Assembly: GCA_030141605.1 (NCBI GenBank)
Contig: JAQGDQ010002123.1
Span: 1-14,165, forward strand
Length of the DNA: 14,165 nt
Direction: 5' to 3'
Source: Tubiluchus corallicola
Taxonomy: Eukaryota; Animalia; Priapulida
Part shown: positions 1 through 8,662 of the stretch, piece after piece
Layout of the letters: each line of letters begins with the position of its first letter
How positions within the stretch are numbered: the first letter of the stretch is position 1
Notes under the pieces: model-generated
Databases searched by the model: none
Seen by the model: only the letters and a program-made list of their open reading frames with translations
Told to the model about the DNA's origin: nothing
Made by a program: the position numbers and the translations under genes

Positions 1-739
1 AATACTAGTACATATTTGCAATCAAAATTTCAATGTTTCAATAAATTCTGGAGAGCCTCATACTAGTACATATTTACAATCAAAATTTCAATGTCTCAAT
101 AAATTCTAGAGAGACTTAAACTAGTACATATTTGCAATCAAAATTTCAATGTCTCAATAAATTCTGGAGAGGCTCATACTAGTACATATTTGCAATCAAA
201 ATTTCAATGTTTCAATAAATTCTGGAGAGGCTCATACTAGTACATATTTGCAATCAAAATTTCAATGTTTCAATAAATTCTGGAGAGACTCATACTAGTA
301 CATATTTGCAATCAAAATTTCAATGTTTCAATAAATTCTGGAGAGGCTCATACTAGTACATATTTGCAATCAAAATTTCAATGTTTCAATAAATTCTGGA
401 GAGGCTCATACTAGTACATATTTACAATCAAAATTTCAATATTTCAATAAATTCTGGAGAGGCTCATACTAGTACATATTTGCAATCAAAATTTCAATGT
501 TTCAATAAATTCTGGAGAGGCTCATACTAGTACATATTTGCAATCAAAATTTCAATGTTTCAATAAATTCTGGAGAGGCTCATACTAGTACATATTTGCA
601 ATCAAAATTTCAATGTTTCAATAAATTCTGGAGAGTCTCATACTAGTTCATATTTACAATCAAAATTTCAATGTTTCAATAAATTCTGGAGAGGCTCATA
701 CTACAATGTTTCAATAAATTCTGGAGAGGCTCATACTAG
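1..739. repeat. 58-bp tandem minisatellite, ~12.5 copies, running off the left edge
   Basis: Unit CTAGTACATATTTGCAATCAAAATTTCAATGTTTCAATAAATTCTGGAGAGGCTCATA recurs at 5, 63, 121, 179 ... 643. The last copy (701) has an internal ~23-bp deletion. Confidence 0.97.
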
Positions 740-1371
740 AACTTCCGGTCTGCATTTCCTCTTACTTTCACACTTACGACAACCCCTTATCTTAAACGTC
801 CTCTATTACGTGGTAACGTGCTTTGTGCTCAAATACAACTGTTTGTACAAAAGAGAAAATTATACCACGTGACCTGCTCATAACCGTCTGTGTCAATAGG
901 TTTTATATAGCTGTAAAAATACGCTGCTATTTCAGATCAAGAACTTGTGTTTTTGTAGTAACATTGTGTAGTCACAACGTAAGTGCCTGTCAAGAACATT
1001 AGTTTCGAAATTCAATCGTAGGTTGTGCTTATTACAATCAGTGCTGCATATTTAAAGGAAAAGTCAACCCTTAAGTGTTCACGAAAAGCTAGAATGATCT
1101 AGCAGTAATACGCGTGACGAGCGCCTCGTGTGATTAGTAAAATCACTTAGTAAAGTCGCGATCATTTCGCGTTTGGGAATTACTTCTTTAAAACCTATTC
1201 TTCCACCAATGACGTCATTTATCGACTGAAGAAAAACAGCTCACTGCTAATTTGTGGCAAAAGCGAAATGTTTTTTTTTCAAAAAATTAGATAGCTAATT
1301 CTGTAACATCTTTGCATGAACATTAGGTAAGCTGCAGAAGTTTGTATTAGTTTAAACAGCACGTGACGTGA

Positions 1372-1632
1372 CGATGCGTTTTCAAAAGCCACCAGTTACA
1401 TCATGATGCTTTTTTCAAAAACCACCAGTTACGTCATCGTGAAGTAATGTTGCTTTTTCAAAAGTCCACCAGCTACGTCATGATTTTCGCGAAGTGATAA
1501 TGCTTTTTCAAAAGTCCACCAGGTACGTCATCGTGAAGTAATGATGCTTTTTCAAAAGTCCACCAGTTACGTCATGATTTACATGAAGTGATGATGCTTT
1601 TTCAAAAGTCCGCCAGTTACGTCATGATTTTC
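1372..1632. repeat. Imperfect tandem repeat, 6 copies, with alternating ~44/~50-bp units
   Basis: Core ATGCTTTTTCAAAAGTCCACCAGTTACGTCAT is followed alternately by CGTGAAGTAAT or GATTTTCGCGAAGTGAT-type tails. Confidence 0.9.
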
Positions 1633-1955
1633 AAGTAAATGGCGTGGTAATATTAACCTTTTAGGCAGTTTTTCCTAATTTCTTTGCTTTATTTTTCTAA
1701 ATTTAACTGATAAAAGTAAAATAAACTCTATGTGCTACGTTACTTTTTCTTTTCTTTAACAGTGAAAGTGTTGCATGTACGACTCAACGAAATTCAAATC
1801 TTTTTTTTGCCTCTTGGAGGCGCTCATGTCTTACTCATCATCAGCAAAGTGCAAGAATTTTCCAACTTTTCACCACTATTTCCGAACGCAACGTCGTATA
1901 CAAGCCACAGGAGATGCATTTAACAATTTTAAATAAACAACAGCAGTGGATTGTG

Positions 1956-3199
1956 GGATTGGGACTACTTTTTCCAATTCATAATGCATTGTGTAAAGGA
2001 TTGGGACTACTTTTTGCAATTCATAATGCATTGTGTAAAGGATTGGGACTATTTTTGCAATTCATAATGCATTGTGTAAAGGATTGGGACTATTTTTGCA
2101 ATTCATAATGCATTGTGTAAAGGATTGGGACTATTTTTGCAATTCATAATGCATTGTGTAAAGGATTGGGACTATTTTTTTGTAATTCATAATGCATTGT
2201 GTAAAGGATTGGGACTATTTTTTGCAATTCATAATACATTGTGTAAAGGATTGGGACTATTTTTTGCAATTCATAATGCATTGTGTAAAGGATTGGGACT
2301 ATTTTTTGCAATTCATAATGCATTGTGTAAAGGATTGGGACTACTTTTTGCAATTCATAATGCATTGTGTAAAGGATTGGGACTACTTTTTGTAATTCAT
2401 AATGCATTGTGTAAAGGATTGGGACTATTTTTTGCAATTCATAATGCATTGTGTAAAGGATTGGGACTACTTTTTGTAATTCATAATGCATTGTGTAAAG
2501 GATTGGGACTACTTTTTGCAATTCATAATGCATTGTGTAAAGGATTGGGACTACTTTTTGCAATTCATAATGCATTGTGTAAAGGATTGGGACTATTTTT
2601 TGCAATTCATAATGCATTGTGTAAAGGATTGGGACTACTTTTTGCAATTCATAATGCATTGTGTAAAGGATTGGGATTACTTTTTGTAATTCATAATGCA
2701 TTGTGTAAAGGATTGGGACTACTTTTTGCAATTCATAATGCATTGTGTAAAGGATTGGGACTATTTTTTTGTAATTCATAATGCATTGTGTAAAGGATTG
2801 GGACTATTTTTGCAATTCATAATGCATTGTGTAAAGGATTGGGACTACTTTTTGTAATTCATAATGCATTGTGTAAAGGATTGGGACTACTTTTTGCAAT
2901 TCATAATGCATTGTGTAAAGGATTGGGACTATTTTTTGCAATTCATAATGCATTGTGTAAAGGATTGGGACTACTTTTTGCAATTCATAATGCATTGTGT
3001 AAAGGATTGGGACTACTTTTTGTAATTCATAATGCATTGTGTAAAGGATTGGGACTACTTTTTGTAATTCATAATGCATTGTGTAAAGGATTGGGACTAC
3101 TTTTTGCAATTCATAATGCATTGTGTACAGGACTGGGAGTATTTGTTGTAATTCATAATGCATTGTGTAAAGGATTGGGACTACTTTTGTAATTCATAA
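1956..3199. repeat. 42-bp tandem minisatellite, ~30 copies
   Basis: Unit GGATTGGGACTA(C/T)TTTTTG(C/T)AATTCATAATGCATTGTGTAAA. Length variants (40-43 bp) arise in the T run. Confidence 0.97.
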
Positions 3200-3238
3200 C
3201 TTGCCACCAGACCAAAGAGCAGAGACAAAACTTTTTAA

Positions 3239-3881
3239 AGGACAAGAAAAGGGGCACCTGAAGTAGATTTCAGCAAAATCGTCTTAAGAAATTATATTAC
3301 TTTACAGCAAATTTATCGTACTCACGTTAAAAAGGTGTTTTGTTTATTTCCATTTTAAATTTCCAGCAATATTGTCCCCACCGCGCCGTTACATGACGTC
3401 ATACACGCACAACGTAAATCAGGGGAAGAAAAGGAAATGTTAAACTATGTCCCTGAAAACTTTCTATGCAAAGTTATGTCACTTAGCATTTCGCTTACCT
3501 GCTGAAAGGACTTACGTAACTAGCAAAGAAAATGATTAGTTTTTTAAAAAAAAATTAAAATGTCGCTGACTCACCCTCTAGGGTGTGCCACTCACTAACC
3601 AAAAAAAACGTATTTTTAATCCTATTGACAAGTACAGCGATTTTAAATTTTACTTAGTTAGTGACGTGTGCGCTACGAATGCAGTGATTATTTTTTCATA
3701 CTTTACACAATGTTATCTAAACTTGTTTCAAATGCTTTATCGTCAAAATGGCTGCGTCTAACGGTCATCGCGAGAGTTTAAATTTACATGTTTTACACAG
3801 AGTAACTCAAGTCTAATATACAGACTAATGCTCAAATCTAATACTCAAGTCTAATATAATATATATATATATATATATTAG

Positions 3882-3926
<45 letters not shown>

Positions 3927-4007
3927 GCAAAAAAGCATTATGTAAGTGGTGCAAAATTTCAAGACGAATTTTTTAAGCTTGATGTAAGTATAGGGTTTTC
4001 TTGCCCT
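3239..4007. mobile_element. Non-autonomous DNA transposon (MITE), Kolobok-like
   Basis: TTAA flanks both sides (3235-3238, 4008-4011). Left terminus AGGACAAGAAAA versus right terminus read inward AGGGCAAGAAAA (11/12). A second inverted match lies ~36 bp inside both ends (AAAATCGTCTTAAGAAATT vs AAATTCGTCTTGAAATT). A TTAA target with AGG termini is the established Kolobok signature; no transposase ORF. Confidence 0.68.
3853..3926. repeat. (TA)n microsatellite inside the Kolobok-like element
   Basis: Interrupted TA dinucleotide run, seen directly. Confidence 0.95.
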
Positions 4008-4482
4008 TTAAAGGAGAGATTATCTATCTTCGTTGACTGTTCTGTTGTTTGTTTCACTATCAGCGCGCATGCGCATTGATATTTCTTAATTTTACACCAT
4101 CACCTTGTTATCACGTTGCTGTTTTATTTCCTACTGTAGGAACGAGAAACGCAAAGAAAAAAATCGGGTGACTTCAGATCCAGAGACTCTCCTCCAGAGA
4201 ATCCAGACACTCCACGCATTGATTTTGATCCATCGTGACAGAGAGAATTATGGGATTGCGCGGAAGATTCAAAAGATGGCGCTGGCAGATGAAATGCAAA
4301 GCAAAGTGTATCGCCTGTTGTTCCTGTTGTTTTATTTGCTGTAAGAAACCATAGATGGCGCTAGCAAACCAACCATGACGTACGTTCGATCAGGACGTGT
4401 ACCCATCTAGTAAACTGTTTCCGAAATTTTAGCAAACGATACGGCAACAGTCTACAGTACAATTACGTCATGTAACATTTTT

Positions 4483-5050
4483 AAAACTACCAATGAAAAA
4501 CACGAGTTTTATATCAACACAAAGTCGTTCTAGGAACCTACGTCTCCAGTGCAGTAAAAAATAAACCACGGAACTTGACAAGGTAAAGTTGCACCAAGAA
4601 GTTTTCAATAAACTAATATGATTAAGAAGCGAGCACCTTCTGAAACTACCAACGAAAACACGAGTTATGTATCAACACAAAGTCGTTCCAGGAACCTACA
4701 CTTTCAGTGCAGTAAAAATTAAGCCACGGAACTTGCCTACTTGCTTACAGTTGCAACAAGAAGTCTCCAATAAACTGATATGATCTGGCAGCAAGCACCT
4801 TCTAAAACTACCAATGAAAACATGGTTTTTGTACCAACACAAAGTTGTTCCAGGAACCTACACTTTCAGTTTGTATAAATTAAGCCACGGAACTTGCCTA
4901 CTTGCTCACAGTTGCAGCAAGAAGTCTCCAATAAACTGATGTGATTAAGAAGCAAGCACTTTCTAAAACTACCAATGAAAAACACGAGTTTTGTATCAAC
5001 ACAAATTCGTTTTAGGAACCTAAGCTTTCAGTGCAGTAAAAATTAAGCCA
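4483..5050. repeat. Diverged ~160-bp tandem repeat, ~3.5 copies
   Basis: AAACTACCAATGAAAA...CAACACAAAGTCGTT...AGGAACCTA...CAGTGCAGTAAAAATTAAGCCA recurs with the CTAC anchor at 4487, 4646, 4808 and 4969. Confidence 0.92.
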
Positions 5051-5296
5051 TAGGCTTTGGGAACAATTGCAGTTAGAGGTCTCCAACGTGGATCTTTAAG
5101 GAACTAAGACATGAGGTCTATGCATTACTGGAAGAAATACAATGCTTAAAACTGATGCAAAAATCTATAGAACGTCAACTGACCATTCTTGCAAGAAGAA
5201 GTCAAAATCTTTAAGATGCTGCGCGACAAGTTGCTTTAGTCACCACTTGAAAATGTTAGACAATTGAACTTGAAGTAAGTGCTATGTTAAATGTAA

Positions 5297-5378
5297 GGTG
5301 CTGTGTGGCTTTGCAGGTTCACCTGCAATCCGAATGTCCTTGGTTCAAGTCCAAGCTCGACTGGTACCGATTTTTTTT
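5297..5378 (+). mobile_element. Degenerate tRNA-derived fragment (SINE head or tRNA pseudogene)
   Basis: Perfect T-arm CTTGG-TTCAAGT-CCAAG (5339-5355) containing B-box GGTTCAAGTCC. A TGG lies ~30 nt upstream at D-loop spacing, and a T8 run follows at 5371-5378. Acceptor and anticodon stems do not pair well. Confidence 0.42.
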
Positions 5379-5743
5379 CTCGTTTCTCTAATTTCATTCG
5401 ATTGTGAAGTAAGAAATTAATAAGTTTGAGCTCATGCTATCACTCATTGATAAAATTAAAACAAAAAAGTCGAAATAACTAATACTTTTTATATACTTTT
5501 GATAATTTTTTAATAATTTCTCTATTAGAATTATAATTAGTGTGTTTATCACTACTAGAATTCATCATGTCAATTATTGTTAGCATGCCTTGATAGAATA
5601 GCTGCAACATAGCATGTGAATTTTCATACGAATTCAAAGTAACATTCTTACTGTATGTTTCAGCTAACCGAAAAAGGCACCTTATTAGTGAAATACATTG
5701 ATACGTGCTACACTATTGGTGAACATATTGTTTTTTGTTGCTT

Positions 5744-7141
5744 TTATGATTTCACGGTTGACCAAGGCATGTTCCCAGCTGTCCAGTGTCCATTTTCGTC
5801 CCACCGAGGAGCAATGCATGTCCCGTCAAACCACCAACTCCGGATGTCTCCGATGCGCTTTTCCGGAAGGCTGGCGTCGTGAAGTTTTTCGCATAGATCA
5901 CAAAATGGCCGCACGCTGTGAGTTTCGCTGTAATAATTTTGCTTCCACGCAAAAAACTCGTTGTACTTCGCGTCGTTTCCGTCCAGTTCGCGGAGGTAAT
6001 CGGCCAAATGTCGTGCGGATGTAAAATCGAGTGCGTTTATCACGGATTTCTCGGGGGCAATCGCCGCGTAGTCGCCCCCTCCCATGACGACGGGGACAAT
6101 GTCGCGTGCGGCGGCGCGATAAAGTTTCTCCGTGATGTAATCTTTGCAAAAGCTGTTCTCAAAAGACAGGTAAAACTTGTAGTTCTTCGCTATTTCTTGT
6201 ACGCACGTTTGTTCGTTCGCACAAGTGTGATTACCACACTTTCCATACACGTGCACGGGTATGTGTTTTCTCAAAGCTTCCACGTATGTTTCCCGTTGGC
6301 TGTGGGCGTGGCAGTTTGACACTAGCCATGCTACAAGACCCGTTTTACCCTGAGCAAAATTTTTGGCTTTATCCACCATCTTTGATTTTTCGATAATTTT
6401 CCGAAAGCCCCCATAGTAATACTGTAACTCGGAATCGCGACGATACGTCATCGTCCAGTTGAAGATATCCCGTATCTCCTTGCGTTTGTACAGTTTTTGT
6501 GATTGGCCGGCAGGCGACTCTGCCATGTACATTATCCAGCGCTGATTGGGTGTTCTCTGTCTGGGTGGGCGTACCATATTTCCACTGCGCAGGTGGAAAA
6601 TCACGGCATCGCTTTGCAGAAGGAGGGACTTATTGTTAGTGGTTTCGCAGCGGTGTTCGTATCCCATCTGTTTACATTCCTTAAATCTCTCCCTGCCCAG
6701 TCCTACCCCAAAGTCAACCTGGTTCCAAAACTTTGTGTAAAAAAGGATCCTTTTGTAAAGTCTGTCTGCTGCTGTCTTGTTGACAATTGCTCGTGGAATT
6801 TGAAAATAGTCTTTTGCTAACTTGACATTTTCATTAGGTTCATGAAAAATCCTTTCTGATGAACTGGCATTCCTGAAAATTTCAGCTTGAGAATTGGATT
6901 CTGCTGACTTGGCATTTTTGTCGTCATAAGAATGGCCTTCTGACGACTTGGCACTCTTGAAATCTTCAACTTGAAAATAGTCTTCCACTGTCTTGGCACT
7001 GTTGGGTTTTTGAGAATTTAAATCGTTTATTTCTAATCTCAGATAGTAGGGTTTTAGCTTCGGCACAACTTGTTGTATGAAAGGTATTTGTATGTTACCT
7101 GAATACGTGGATAACTCTTGAACTGCAACCAAGATGCACAT
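5744..7141 (-). CDS. Alpha-1,3-fucosyltransferase (glycosyltransferase family 10); stem plus catalytic domain in one exon, N-terminus probably incomplete
   Basis: 465-aa ORF with GT10 hallmarks in canonical order: DAVIFH, QRWIMYMAESP, FNWTMTYRRDS, VAWLVSNC, VHVYGKCG, YKFYLSFENSFCKDYITEKLY (alpha-3-FucT motif), VPVVMGG, LADYLRELDGNDAKYNEFFAWK, FCDLC. Stop TAA at 5746-5744. Orthology to a specific FUT/FucT gene cannot be assigned by eye. Confidence 0.96.
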   Translation of the reverse strand: MCILVAVQELSTYSGNIQIPFIQQVVPKLKPYYLRLEINDLNSQKPNSAKTVEDYFQVEDFKSAKSSEGHSYDDKNAKSAESNSQAEIFRNASSSERIFHEPNENVKLAKDYFQIPRAIVNKTAADRLYKRILFYTKFWNQVDFGVGLGRERFKECKQMGYEHRCETTNNKSLLLQSDAVIFHLRSGNMVRPPRQRTPNQRWIMYMAESPAGQSQKLYKRKEIRDIFNWTMTYRRDSELQYYYGGFRKIIEKSKMVDKAKNFAQGKTGLVAWLVSNCHAHSQRETYVEALRKHIPVHVYGKCGNHTCANEQTCVQEIAKNYKFYLSFENSFCKDYITEKLYRAAARDIVPVVMGGGDYAAIAPEKSVINALDFTSARHLADYLRELDGNDAKYNEFFAWKQNYYSETHSVRPFCDLCEKLHDASLPEKRIGDIRSWWFDGTCIAPRWDENGHWTAGNMPWSTVKS

Positions 7142-7143
7142 TC

Positions 7144-7190
7144 CTAAAATAAAACCAAAATGAAACGGAAATCTGTGATTTGCAAGTTAA
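7144..7190 (-). promoter_or_regulatory. Candidate 3' splice acceptor (phase 1) for the fucosyltransferase main exon
   Basis: Minus strand reads TTAAC (branch-like, 7190-7186) ... TTTCCGTTTCATTTTGGTTTTATTTTAG|GA ATG TGC, with AG at 7145-7144 and the exon starting at 7143. An in-frame TAA at 7189-7187 closes the frame upstream. Confidence 0.7.
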
Positions 7191-7346
7191 TTCAGGAATA
7201 ATACACTTCGTTGGCCTATTTGCATAAGTGACTCAGTATTTCTTTTTTGCATATTGAAAAAATATTCTTAATTATCTAATTGATTTATGAGCTCATTTTC
7301 ATCTTGCTCAAGTTTATTGCCATTCAAAAATAATGGAAGGCAACTA

Positions 7347-8662
7347 CTTGGCACTCATAAAAATGCTCTTCTGATTGCTTGACACTCTTGGGCTAATAAA
7401 AATGGTCTTCTGATTGCTTGGCACTCTTGGGCTCATAAAAATGGTCTTCTGATTGCTTGGTACTCTTGGGGGTCATAAAAATTGTCTTCTGATTGCTTGG
7501 CACTCTTGGGGTCATAAAAATGGTCTTCTGATTGCTTGACATTCTTGGGCTCATAAAAATGGTCTTCTCATTGCTTGACACTCTTGGGCTCATAAAAATT
7601 GTTTTCTGACAAGTTGGCACTCTTTGGCTCACAAAAATGGTCGTCTGTTGCTTGACACTCTTGGGCTCATAAAAATGGTCTTCTGATTGCTTGGTACTCT
7701 TGGGCTCACAAAAATGGTCTTCTGATTGCTTGGTACTCTTGGGCTCATAAAAATTGTTTTCTGACGAGTTGGCACTTTTGGGCTCATAAAAATGGTCTTC
7801 TGATTGCTTGGCACTCTTGGGCTCATAAAAATGGCTTTCTGGCGACTTGGCACTCTTGGGCTCATAAAAATGGTCTTCTGACGTGCTTGGCACTCTTGGG
7901 CTCATAAAAATGGTCTTCTGATTCTTGGCACTCTTGGGCTTATAAAAATGGTCTTCTGATTGCTTGGTACTCTTGGGCTCACAAAATGGTCTTCTGATTG
8001 CTTGGCACTTTTGGGCTCATAAAAATGGTCTTCTGATTGCTTGGCACTCTTGGGCTCATAAAAATGGTCTTCTGATTGCTTGGCACTCTTGGGCTCATAA
8101 AAATGGTCTTCTGATTGCTTGGCACTCTTGGGCTCATAAAAATGGTCTTCTGATTGCTTGTTTGGGTTTGGTTTTTTGTTGTTTGGGTTTGTTTTGTTGG
8201 TTTGGTTGGTTTGTTGTTGCACTTTTGGGCTCATAAAAATGGTCTTCTGATTGCTTGGTACTCTTGGGCTCACAAAAATGGTCTTCTGATTGCTTGGTAC
8301 TCTTGGGCTCATAAAAATTGTTTTCTGACGAGTTGGCACTCTTGGGCTCATAAAAATGGTCTTCTGATTGCTTGGCACTCTTGGGCTCATAAAAATGGCT
8401 TTCTGGCGACTTGGCACTCTTGGTCTAATGTTTTCAATGTTGCCCCCCTCCCCCAAATAATTATTCCACTAACGAAAGTGAAATTTTTGACACAACACAA
8501 GTATACAATTCACTACTGTTGAACCAGTAGAAAAGCTGGTTGTTTGTTCATTTACAAAAAAATTAAAAGAATACAAGCCAAAAATGGCTTTCTGACGACT
8601 TGGCACTCTTGGGCTCGTAGAAAATGGTCTTCTGATTCTTGGCACTCTTGGGCTCATAAAAA
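7347..8662 (-). repeat. 39-bp tandem array (13-aa EPKSAKQSEDHFY reading), two interruptions, homologous to the fucosyltransferase stem
   Basis: Plus-strand unit TTGGGCTCATAAAAATGGTCTTCTGATTGCTTGGCACTC, roughly 27-28 copies. Interrupted at ~8161-8219 and ~8424-8580. Single-base indels and a GAG>TAG change (7395-7393) break the frame. Confidence 0.95.

Noticed and set aside
1732-1923. 63-aa ORF; also 8799-8984
   Set aside because: GTG starts, short, and no motifs; expected by chance.
1914-3192. ORFs on both strands in the 42-bp array (222, 211, 121, 119 aa and others)
   Set aside because: By-products of a stop-free unit whose length is a multiple of 3. They are open in several frames at once and broken by T-run indels.
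5297-5360. Functional tRNA-Cys gene
   Set aside because: Only the T-arm pairs fully; acceptor and anticodon stems are broken.
5655-6999. Eight short ORFs overlapping the fucosyltransferase in other frames or antisense
   Set aside because: Shadow ORFs of a GC-rich coding region with no recognisable motifs.
7393-8657. Repeat ORFs in the 39-bp array as an intact gene
   Set aside because: They switch between EPKSAKQSEDHFY and MSPRVPSNQKTIF frames at indels, end in a GAG>TAG stop and are not in frame with the main CDS. Kept only as a homology finding.
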